A program made the position numbers and the translations under genes. Positions 10,571 to 18,941 of a stretch of 23,851 bases of DNA are shown one piece after another (position 1 is the first letter of the stretch; each line of letters starts with the position of its first letter). Origin of the DNA: a candidate division WOR-3 bacterium (GTDB lineage Bacteria; Hydrothermota; Hydrothermia; LBFQ01; DSFT01); contig CBFGJN010000025.1 in the NCBI GenBank assembly GCA_965649115.1, forward strand, positions 1 to 23,851, read 5' to 3'. The notes beneath the pieces are model-generated. The model saw only the letters and a program-made list of their open reading frames with translations. It was not told where the DNA came from and ran no database searches.

Positions 10571-11029
10571 TTGTTTAGCCGTTTAGTTGATAGTATAGAA
10601 AAACAGTCAATATATCTTATTAAGTTGGATTTTCTGGCAAAAGAGGAAGTCATTTTTATATCAATAGATAAAATTGATTTAGATTATGACCTTAAAATTG
10701 AAATTAGCTACATTAAGGAAACCAAAGATGATAATAAAAATTTTATAATTGTTTCTTTGGATTACAATTTTTTAGAACAAGTTTTTTGGAAGAAAAGAAG
10801 AAAGCAATTATTAAAAATAAATATCATCTATAAGTTAAATCTTTTCTTAAGTTTAGATGGTAAATCACAAAGTTTATTTTATGATGAGGAGGTTATACGA
10901 AGCTATGCTAACAGTAGTGGTTTATTGACTGTATTCCCTTACATAAGGCATTTATCTGACCATATTCATAAAGAATTAAGACTTGGATTAGAACCTTACC
11001 CTCCAATGAAAATAAAATTAGATGTGTGA
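10571..11029 (+). CDS. SecB-like chaperone (may really start at ATG 10503 across a 1-nt frameshift)
   Basis: C-terminal YANSSGLLTVFPYIRHLSDHI...L...PPM fits the SecB-family 'lfPY.R..i.....g..p..lP' pattern, preceded by beta-strand-like segments. Confidence 0.6.
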   Translation: MFSRLVDSIEKQSIYLIKLDFLAKEEVIFISIDKIDLDYDLKIEISYIKETKDDNKNFIIVSLDYNFLEQVFWKKRRKQLLKINIIYKLNLFLSLDGKSQSLFYDEEVIRSYANSSGLLTVFPYIRHLSDHIHKELRLGLEPYPPMKIKLDV

Positions 11030-11474
11030 TGGTAAGACTTATTATTATAAAAAACTGATAAATCAAATAAAGGATAAAAATGTAAGAGAGACGGTTCAAA
11101 AAATTGAAAGTACTTGTCCAGATAAGATACTTCAAAATTTTCAGGAATTGAAAGAAGAAAGAGAAATTTACCGTTTTATAAGAGGTAGTTTTGATAAGTA
11201 TCCACACTTCTTATATAAACCTAATGTATTTAAGAACAAAGCTTCAAATGAAATTTCTATTTGTCAAATGTGTGGTCTTTCTGTTTTTTTAGATTTAGAA
11301 GACTTGGTCAATACTATTAAAAATAAATTTCCTGATGCTTGTCCAATTATTGTTAAAGGATTATTTAATGTTAATTGTGGAAAATTATATAAAACTGATA
11401 GAACAGGAGGAAGTCATTGTACATTTTTCCCATATGAAAACTTTGACCATGATAAATTTTTTAAAAAGATTTGA
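11022..11474 (+). CDS. Putative ADP-ribosyltransferase-fold toxin
   Basis: CP...IYR...F...C..CGLSVF...G....T.....H.TF. The YR and LS strands resemble R-S class ART cores. Overlaps the upstream gene. Confidence 0.45.
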   Translation: MCDGKTYYYKKLINQIKDKNVRETVQKIESTCPDKILQNFQELKEEREIYRFIRGSFDKYPHFLYKPNVFKNKASNEISICQMCGLSVFLDLEDLVNTIKNKFPDACPIIVKGLFNVNCGKLYKTDRTGGSHCTFFPYENFDHDKFFKKI

Positions 11475-11833
11475 AACGACTTAAAAAAATTCCAATGAAA
11501 CTGTTGATTTTAAGGGGGATTTTATAGTGGGCTTAGTCCCCCTATGCCGAAAAGCGGGCATTTATAAGCCGAAGGCTTATCTTTTGCCTTGGAAAATTTT
11601 TTATATTACTAAGCTTTGTCTAGTAAATAGTGTTAAGTAATTGATTATCAACGACTTACAAAAATTTTAAGAAAATTATTGATTTTATGGGGGATTATAG
11701 GGGGGCGAAGCCCCCCATAGCCGAAAAATGGGTATTTTAAAGCCAAAGGCTTAAATTTAGGGTGGGTGGGGAAAATATAGAAATAATCATATTTTTAGAA
11801 TTACTAGACAAAGCAATATTACTAAATAAAGCA
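11475..11833 (+). repeat. Older degenerate copy (E) of the repeat, interrupted near its right TIR by copy F
   Basis: AACGACTTA...TTGATTTTAAGGGGGATT, GCCGAAAAGCGGG and ATAAGCC-GAA-GGCTTAT. The reconstructed right end TTACTAAATAAAGCA resembles TTACTAGACAAAGCA. Confidence 0.7.
11613..11815 (+). mobile_element. Complete MITE-like element (copy F) with 10-bp target duplication ATATTACTAA
   Basis: Perfect 14-bp TIRs GCTTTGTCTAGTAA / TTACTAGACAAAGC. Direct repeats at 11603-11612 and 11816-11825. Confidence 0.92.
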
Positions 11834-11905
11834 CCTTTAAAATTTTAAATAAAACTCAAATTCTTTTTTAGTTTAATTAAAGAAGTCATAAAAATTAGAT
11901 TTAAT

Positions 11906-12808
11906 ATGAGAGAAGTAGAATTTAAAGTTCAAAAAATTGACGAAAATTTTTTCGTTTTAGGAAATGCATATGCTTATATTTATTTTATAAAAATTGATAA
12001 ATTAAATATCCTAATTGATACAGGAACAGCGTTTTTTGGAAATAAAGTAAAGGATTATTTGAAATCTGAAAATGTTGAAAAAATTGATTATTTACTTTTA
12101 ACCCATTCACATTATGACCATATTGGAGGTGTTCCTATTATTTTGAGAAACTTTAAAGTAGAAAATATATTTGCTCATAGTTATTTAAAAAGTGTTTTTA
12201 AAAGTCAAAAAGCTATTGGCATAATAAATAATTTAAATAAAATAGAACTTAGTGTTTTAGACCCATTTTTGAAATATGAATTTGAGCCTTTTGAAATTAC
12301 TAAGGAAGTTAAAGAAAATGATTTTTTAGATTTTGGAGAAATTAAAATTTTATTTTATGAAACACCTGGACATACCAAGGATTCAGTTTCTTATTATATA
12401 CTACCTTATAAAATTATTATTCCAGGTGAAGCAATTGGTGTTCCTAATAAGGACGATAGTTATATCCTACCCCAATTTTTATCAAGTTTTGAAAGTTATA
12501 TTGAAAGTATTAATAAAATAAAAAATTTAGATATTGAAATTATTGGTCTTCCTCATGAACATTTAATTTTTGGTAAAGAAAATGTTAAAAATTATATTGA
12601 AAATTCTCTAAAAACAACTTATGAATATGCTCAAATAATTGAAAATGCAATTATGGAATATAAGAGTTTTGATAAAATTTTAGATTATTTAACCGAAGAA
12701 ATTCACCAAAAGAAGAATATAAGACAACCAATTCATGCTTTTAGAGAAAATTTAAAAGCTCAAATAATAGCAATTTCAAGATTAAAGAATTTAGAAGTTA
12801 AATTTTAG
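11906..12808 (+). CDS. Metallo-beta-lactamase-fold hydrolase
   Basis: LIDTG, THSHYDHIGG, TPGHT and LPH motifs. Confidence 0.9.
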   Translation: MREVEFKVQKIDENFFVLGNAYAYIYFIKIDKLNILIDTGTAFFGNKVKDYLKSENVEKIDYLLLTHSHYDHIGGVPIILRNFKVENIFAHSYLKSVFKSQKAIGIINNLNKIELSVLDPFLKYEFEPFEITKEVKENDFLDFGEIKILFYETPGHTKDSVSYYILPYKIIIPGEAIGVPNKDDSYILPQFLSSFESYIESINKIKNLDIEIIGLPHEHLIFGKENVKNYIENSLKTTYEYAQIIENAIMEYKSFDKILDYLTEEIHQKKNIRQPIHAFRENLKAQIIAISRLKNLEVKF

Positions 12809-12825
12809 TTTATTTTAAAGCCATA

Positions 12826-13031
12826 GCTTTGTCCGATAAATAGTTTTAAGTCCTTGATTATCAATAATTTATGAAAATTTTAAGAGAATTATTGATTTTT
12901 CGGGGGGATTTTAGGGGGGGGTATGCCCCTCTCTGCCAAAAAATGGGAATTTTAAAGGCGAAGCCTTGGATATAGGGTGGGTGGGCAAAATATAGAAATG
13001 ATTATATTTTCCAGAATTTTTGGACAAAGCA
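12826..13031 (+). mobile_element. Complete MITE-like element (copy G) with 10-bp target duplication TAAAGCCATA
   Basis: TIRs GCTTTGTCCGATAA / TTTTTGGACAAAGC. Direct repeats at 12816-12825 and 13032-13041. Confidence 0.92.
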
Positions 13032-13056
13032 TAAAGCCATAGGTTTATCCAATAAT

Positions 13057-13262
13057 GCTTTGTCCAATAAATGATGTTAATTCCTTGATAATCAATAACT
13101 TATAAAATTTAAAGAAATTATTGAATTTATGGGGGGAATTTAAGGGGGGCGAAAGCCCCCCAAAGCAAAAGATGGGGTTTTTAAAGGCAGTGCCTTAATT
13201 TTAGGGTGGGTGGGAAAAATATAGAAATAATTGTATTTTTAGAATTATTAGGTGCACCCGGC
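13057..13262 (+). repeat. Near-complete copy (H) with a variant right end
   Basis: Left TIR GCTTTGTCCAATAA, hairpins GGGGGGC-GAAA-GCCCCCC and AAGGC-AGT-GCCTT, GGGTGGGTGGG. Ends TTATTAGGTGCACCCGGC instead of the usual TIR. Confidence 0.85.
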
Positions 13263-13269
13263 GTGTATT

Positions 13270-14187
13270 TTATTTATGAATTTTATTTATTAACTCCTTT
13301 AAGAATTCAACTTTTCTATTAGCAATTTCTCTTGGTAATAGTTCAAAATCACATGAACCTGAAATAATTATAAATTTTGGTTTTAATTCATTTAAAATTT
13401 TGTCCAAAACGATTTTTACATCTTCATAAGTTTCAATTATTGAATTTGTATTGTCTAAAATTCCTGCTAATATCCCAACATCTTTTCTATTGAAGTTTTT
13501 AGCAATTATCTCAATATCGTTAAATGTAAAATCTATACCAATTCCATCAATTTCAAATTTCAAAATTTCTCTTAAAAACTCTGATATATCTGAAAAATAT
13601 GTGTTCAATATAATTTTGCCATTAATCTCTTTTCTTACTATTTCAAAAAACCTCTTTAAATCTGAAATTAAATCATAATCCTTATAGAAAGCAAGAGAAG
13701 GTTCTTGAAAATAAAAATAATCATAACCTTTCTCTTCAAGTAATTTCAAAATTAATTTTAACATATTAGTTAATTTATCAAAAGAATAATTTTCTGAAAA
13801 GTACTTGAAAATTCCAAGTGATGGCAAGATTGCTAAATTTCCAAATTTAAAATAATTTCTAATCCAATTTTCAGGATTCTTTATTTCAAAATCATTAAAC
13901 TTTAAAACTCTGTAAAATGTATTTGTTTCAAAGTACCTTTTAAGTCCGTCAATTTCTACATTAACTAATTCTGAAAAAGGTCTTAATAAGTCTTGCCAAT
14001 TTAAAAGTCCATCTGATATTATTTTAAATCCTTTTTGTAGTTCTTTTATGCTTTCATAATCTTCTTCGTAGGCTAATAAGAGTTCTTCATATTTGATTCT
14101 GTTTCTTTCATAGTCTCTTGTTGCTTTTATAAGCTTTTCACTTCTTGGGTACTTTCCATTTAAGGATATTAATTTCTCCATTTCCAT
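13270..14187 (-). CDS. Cobalamin-independent methionine synthase N-terminal-half-like protein (split MetE type)
   Basis: G.YPRS, SDG.L.WQD, RYFETNTFYR, QEPSL, TYF and GIGIDF motifs. No H-x-C zinc motif of the catalytic half. Confidence 0.75.
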   Translation of the reverse strand: MEMEKLISLNGKYPRSEKLIKATRDYERNRIKYEELLLAYEEDYESIKELQKGFKIISDGLLNWQDLLRPFSELVNVEIDGLKRYFETNTFYRVLKFNDFEIKNPENWIRNYFKFGNLAILPSLGIFKYFSENYSFDKLTNMLKLILKLLEEKGYDYFYFQEPSLAFYKDYDLISDLKRFFEIVRKEINGKIILNTYFSDISEFLREILKFEIDGIGIDFTFNDIEIIAKNFNRKDVGILAGILDNTNSIIETYEDVKIVLDKILNELKPKFIIISGSCDFELLPREIANRKVEFLKELINKIHK

Positions 14188-15044
14188 GTCTCCTTTATTC
14201 TATGAACAGCATATGCTGCGACTTGTAAATTATTGTACATTACATGCTCAACATTTATACCTATATTTTCTATGTTTAAAAAGCATAATTCTTGAAATAA
14301 ACTTTCAATAATTTCAATGCTTCTCTTTTCAAGTTTCTTTTCATCTTCTAATAAATAATTTTCAATTTCCTTGGGAACATATACACCAAGCCATTTTAAA
14401 AATTCTAAATCTTTTCTTTGACTTACAGGAGAAAAACTGATGTAAATTTTTGATGGTTTTATATTTTCTTCCTCACATAATTTAAAATATTCATAAATAA
14501 CTTTTTTTGCATTTTCCAGTTCAAACACTATTTGTGAAATGAAAGCTTTCATTCCCGCTTTTGTTTTTTCAAGTAATTTTTTAGGTTCATCTTTTCTATG
14601 AAATATAGTAATTCCATAAATGTTTTTAAAGTAATTTTTTGCTATTAATGTGGCTGGAATTGGGTGATAACCTGGATATTTAATTTTTGAACTTTCTCCT
14701 CCAACAATTAATAAATAATTAAAGCTTTTTGAGTTTTCCTTAATCCAATTTTCAAATTCATCTTTTTCCATAATAACTGAAATTTTATTTACAATAATCT
14801 CAACGGAATTATCAAAGTTTTTAATCATTTTCCCAAATTCAGCATTATCAAACTTCATTTTGTAAGGAATTATTCTTTGTCCTCTACTTCTTTCTTCTAT
14901 GACTTCTGGAAGACTGATGAAATCAATATCAAGAATTTTCGTTATATTTGCTACTTCAAAAGCTTTTCTTTCAATTTTTGATATATCCCACTCTAAGGGT
15001 GGTGGAATTACCGTGAAAATTATTTCTAATTTATTACAATTCAT
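14169..15044 (-). CDS. Methylenetetrahydrofolate reductase-like protein (resembles the mycobacterial-type family)
   Basis: LPEVIEE..RG.R, VGGES, K..AG...FISQ.VF and FLKWLGV motifs. Co-transcribed with the MetE-like gene. Confidence 0.65.
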   Translation of the reverse strand: MNCNKLEIIFTVIPPPLEWDISKIERKAFEVANITKILDIDFISLPEVIEERSRGQRIIPYKMKFDNAEFGKMIKNFDNSVEIIVNKISVIMEKDEFENWIKENSKSFNYLLIVGGESSKIKYPGYHPIPATLIAKNYFKNIYGITIFHRKDEPKKLLEKTKAGMKAFISQIVFELENAKKVIYEYFKLCEEENIKPSKIYISFSPVSQRKDLEFLKWLGVYVPKEIENYLLEDEKKLEKRSIEIIESLFQELCFLNIENIGINVEHVMYNNLQVAAYAVHRIKETWKWRN

Positions 15045-15086
15045 AAAATGCTAAAATTTTAAAGGATTATGCTTTAAAATTTATTT

Positions 15087-15425
15087 ATGTTTTTCATTTT
15101 ACTTAATTTCAGCTTTGAGCTTGAACATCTTAAGAAGCAAATTTTTACATATAACGAGATGGGTCAAAACTTTGTTATCTCTATAAGTACAAAAGGAAAA
15201 ACTCTTATTCAAGTTATAACACTTAATCAAAATGGCATATATAATTATGATGAAGCCATCATAAGTAGTGATACTACTATATACTTAAAGCCCCAAAAGC
15301 CAATTTATTCAGATAATTTCCCTTATGTTTATACAAATGGTATTAAGTTTCCAAGTATAATAATTATTCAAAATCTTGAAAATAAGAAATTAAATATAGA
15401 TATAAAAGGAGTTGAAATAAGATGA
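15087..15425 (+). CDS. Hypothetical protein
   Basis: 112-aa ORF coupled to the next gene and preceded by the GCTTTAAAATTT motif. Confidence 0.55.
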   Translation: MFFILLNFSFELEHLKKQIFTYNEMGQNFVISISTKGKTLIQVITLNQNGIYNYDEAIISSDTTIYLKPQKPIYSDNFPYVYTNGIKFPSIIIIQNLENKKLNIDIKGVEIR

Positions 15426-16763
15426 TAATTTTATTATTAGATAATCCTCCTTTTTATCCAAATGTTAGAGTTTCAAATGATAACCAGCAAATTATAAATC
15501 AAGGTGAATCTTCATTTGTGGTTTATAGGGGACATGTTTATGCAATATGTAATATAGCTGAGAGATCAAATATTCCAGCAATACCATTTTCTCGTTCTGA
15601 CGACTTAGGTAATTCTTTTCCTATAAACTATAACTTTGTTGATAATACAACAGGTGTAATCTGGCATACTGACCCTGTAATTGGTATTGATGATTCAGGA
15701 TATATTCATATGATAGTTCAATTTTACACTTATTATATTAAACATTATCTTTCTAAGGATGGGGGTTTAATGGTCAGATACATCTTTTGTTACTGACCCT
15801 TCAACAGGAGGAGATGTTGATAAACCTTGGATGGTTGTTAGAGGTGATACAATTTATGTCTCTTGGCAGGAATTTGGTGGAACATCAAGTGGTATTAAAT
15901 TTGCACGTTCTTTTGATAGGGGTAAAACTTGGCAAAGGTTTGTTGTTGATCCTTCAAGAACTGGTATAACTGCTCTTACTGTTTCAAAAAGTGGAATTAT
16001 ATATCTTGCTTATGTTTCAGATAATATATATTTTACTAAGTCTTATAATAAAGGCCAAAATTGGACAACTCCTATTATTATTGATTATGTCTCTTATTCC
16101 TCAGGTTATGGAGATAGAGCACCTATAAATTCAATTTCAGTTTATAATGATAATGTTTTATTTATAACTTGGGTAGATAGTAGAAATGGTAATTGGGACA
16201 TTAGAGGTAGTTATAGTTATGATGGTGGAAATACTTGGTCTAATAGTTATATAGTAAATAAGCTTGTTTCAGGTGGTCAATGTAAATCTTGGGTTAGTTT
16301 TGATCCTTATGGAAATTTACACCTTATGTACTATCATACACCTTCCTGGCCAACGAGTAGTTCAAGTAAGTGGTCTATATATTATCAAGTTTCTAAGGAT
16401 TCAGGTAAAACTTGGAGTTCTCCTATAAGGGTAAGTGATACAACATTTCTTGATAAAGCACCTTCTTCTACAAATGGATTTATGGGAGATTATCATATGA
16501 TAGTTTCAGATAGTTATTTTGTATATGTTATATGGTCGGATGGTAGGGATGGTAATCAGAATCTTTATTTTTCAAAAGCACCTATAAATGTTGTAGTTAG
16601 TTATGAGAAAAATAGTTTGATTTCTTATAATGAAGAATTTAAAATTTATTCTGTTGATGGAAGGTTAATAGGCAAATCTAAAAATTTAAATGATATTAGA
16701 CTTAAAAAGGGTGTTTATATTATAAGATCCAAAAATTGGAGTTTTAAAAAGGTTCAATTTTGA
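15422..16763 (+). pseudogene. BNR/Asp-box (sialidase-like) beta-propeller protein with T9SS-like C-terminal tail, frameshifted at ~15770
   Basis: Repeated S.D.G.TW boxes. One box is split (SKDGGL|WSDTSF...DKPW) between ORFs 15422-15796 and 15831-16763. Tail is KIYSVDGRLI...KKGVYII. Confidence 0.8.
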
Positions 16764-16787
16764 TTTGTGCTGTAAAATTTTGAAAAA

Positions 16788-17588
16788 TTGTCTCATTATA
16801 ACTATAAAGAATTATTTAGGGCTTTTCGTTTAGGTTTAAGTATTAAAAAGTTAATAGTTCTTTATCCTTTATCAATTCTATTATTTTTTTTGTATTCAAA
16901 ATTCAACATTTTAATTCTTTTAATTTTTTTAATTTACTATTTCTTTTCAAAAATTGTTATATCAAAAATAACATATGAGCAAATTAAAGGGGACCATTTT
17001 TACGAAATAAAGAGAGCTTTAAGGTTTTCCATAAAAGCATTTCTAACTTTCATATATTTTCTTATTTTAATGATTTTTCTCCTTTTAATAACATTTTTAA
17101 TGTTTTATCTTTTAATTTTTCTTTCAAAAATAAATAAGTTTTTTTTATATTTCCTTTTTCCATTTGTCCTATTTTTTTCAATTCTTATATTTTATATATT
17201 AATTGGTCTTGTTGTTTCTGAAAGTGTAGGTATTAGTGCAATAAGTAGTCAAAACTATGATGCTTTTGATGTATTTTTTGAAAACTTTTCAGTTTTTAAT
17301 AGTCAGCTTTATAGATTTTTTGCATATAAAATTATTTCAATTTTTATATCAATTTTTGGAACAATTTTAATGCTTATTATTGTTTATGTTTTAGTAAAAT
17401 TTATAAATTATTTCTTGAAATTGAATGAACTTCATATTTTGTACTTTCTCGTTTATTTGATTGCAATTTCTTATGGATTTTCAGTTTATTTTGTAAGTGA
17501 TTTTATTAGTTATTTAATTTTTGTATATAAAAGAGATAATTTTGACCTTTCAAAGCTTGAGCCAGAAGTTCATTCACAACGAACATAA
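16788..17588 (+). CDS. Multi-pass membrane protein of unknown function
   Basis: About six long hydrophobic segments; TTG start. Confidence 0.65.
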   Translation: MSHYNYKELFRAFRLGLSIKKLIVLYPLSILLFFLYSKFNILILLIFLIYYFFSKIVISKITYEQIKGDHFYEIKRALRFSIKAFLTFIYFLILMIFLLLITFLMFYLLIFLSKINKFFLYFLFPFVLFFSILIFYILIGLVVSESVGISAISSQNYDAFDVFFENFSVFNSQLYRFFAYKIISIFISIFGTILMLIIVYVLVKFINYFLKLNELHILYFLVYLIAISYGFSVYFVSDFISYLIFVYKRDNFDLSKLEPEVHSQRT

Positions 17589-17962
17589 TATGTATTTAAA
17601 TAGTACCTTTTTGTTTCATTTGAGTTGTTCTTTATATAAACTGCATATTCTCCAGCTTCAAGAATATGAAATTTCCAATTAACTTCTTTAATATCATTAG
17701 AACAAGCAATAGGCCTTCCTATACCTTTTGAAATATAGATAGCACTTGCTAAACATATAAAATCAATTTTTTCACCTTCAACAGATTTTGCTATAACAAA
17801 TATACTATCATTTGCTTTTAAAAAAAATCTAACATTATAACCTGATTTAGGAACAAGTCTATATTCTGTTTCTTGGATTTTGTAAATTTTTCTTTCACAA
17901 TTTTCAGAACAGGATAAAAGAAAACTACTTACGAATATAGCTTGAATCAATCTTGAAAACAT
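17570..17962 (-). CDS. Putative lipoprotein
   Basis: Hydrophobic N-terminus with an LLSC lipobox-like motif. Confidence 0.55.
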   Translation of the reverse strand: MFSRLIQAIFVSSFLLSCSENCERKIYKIQETEYRLVPKSGYNVRFFLKANDSIFVIAKSVEGEKIDFICLASAIYISKGIGRPIACSNDIKEVNWKFHILEAGEYAVYIKNNSNETKRYYLNTYYVRCE

Positions 17963-18662
17963 CTAAATTACCCACCTCTTGGATTTGATAAACTTTTGAA
18001 AAATAGCTATAAACAAGGCTTGTATCGTTGTAGTACCTTATTTCAACGATATGAGGATAGCCTTTTATCTTTAAAATTTTTTCTAAATCTGATTTTTTAA
18101 CAATTTCACTCATTAATAGATTTACAAATGGATTGTTTGTTGAAAAAATTCCAAGTTTTTCAAGGATTCTTGTATCAAAGTTATTTTGAAGTTTTTTATT
18201 ATAATTTAAGAAAAATTCATTTATTTCTGAATTTATTGTAAATTCCTTATAACAAATTTTAGCAATTATACTATCACTTTCAAATAAAAATTTAAATTCA
18301 TAATTACAATCTTTTAAATCTCTCATTATTAATTTTCCCTTAATTTCCTTTTTAGTTTTAATTTCTTCTAATGGCCTAAAATAATTATCAATTTTATAAA
18401 CACTATAACTTTTTTGGTCATTATCAATTTTGTAGAAACTATCAATTTCTAAATCTATAATTATTGATTTATTACCTGCATAATACTTTTCCATAAATTT
18501 ACTTGTTAATTTTTCTTTTTTTAGTTCAAGTTTTGAATTAATTCTAAATTTATTTTTTGAAATGTACGTTTCTTGAATTCCAATTATATTCCCAATTTCT
18601 CTTATAAAAACATTTATACTTTCTGCCTTAAAGATAATTTGTGAAAAGAGTAAAATTGTCAT
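17925..18662 (-). CDS. Hypothetical, possibly exported protein
   Basis: Long ORF. Start reassigned to ATG 18662 because 18689 overlaps the divergent gene. Confidence 0.55.
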   Translation of the reverse strand: MTILLFSQIIFKAESINVFIREIGNIIGIQETYISKNKFRINSKLELKKEKLTSKFMEKYYAGNKSIIIDLEIDSFYKIDNDQKSYSVYKIDNYFRPLEEIKTKKEIKGKLIMRDLKDCNYEFKFLFESDSIIAKICYKEFTINSEINEFFLNYNKKLQNNFDTRILEKLGIFSTNNPFVNLLMSEIVKKSDLEKILKIKGYPHIVEIRYYNDTSLVYSYFSKVYQIQEVGNLDVFKIDSSYIRK

Positions 18663-18680
18663 CTTTAAAATTTTAAAGCT
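18663..18680. promoter_or_regulatory. Second copy of the palindromic bidirectional promoter-like motif
   Basis: CTTTAAAATTTTAAAGCT fills the entire 18-bp gap between divergent ATGs. Confidence 0.6.
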
Positions 18681-18941
18681 ATGGAACAAATTACTTTATC
18701 TATTGTTCTTTTTGTTCTTTCTCTTATTATAGGTTTTGAAGTAATAACAAAAGTTCCACCCATTTTACATACACCTCTCGTTGTAGCAAGCCATGCAATG
18801 GCTTCAATAATGGTTGTGTCTGCTATTGAATCTGCTGGTAGTGGTTCATTAATAGGTTTTATAGCACTTCTTATTGGAACAATTAATGTTGTTGGTGGTT
18901 ATTTTATAGCAGATAGAATGCTTTCTATGTTTAAAAAGTAA
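18681..18941 (+). CDS. pntA: NAD(P) transhydrogenase subunit alpha, membrane part (alpha-2)
   Basis: IGFEVITKVPPILHTPL and INVVGGY...DRML.MFKK motifs. Confidence 0.9.
   Translation: MEQITLSIVLFVLSLIIGFEVITKVPPILHTPLVVASHAMASIMVVSAIESAGSGSLIGFIALLIGTINVVGGYFIADRMLSMFKK

Noticed and set aside
11760..11771. GGGTGGGTGGGG as a definite G-quadruplex
   Set aside because: It has only three adjacent G-tracts, so a fourth would have to come from a distant or separate strand. It is kept only as a conserved motif.
9539..13262. The dispersed repeats as a CRISPR array, tRNAs or simple terminators
   Set aside because: The units are ~200 bp, irregularly spaced and have TIRs and target duplications. There is no cloverleaf and the hairpins lack consistent U-tracts, though incidental termination is possible.
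10908..15969. ORFs 10908-11207(-), 12333-12521, 13451-13678 and 15787-15969
   Set aside because: They overlap better-supported genes in other frames or strands and have no recognisable motifs.
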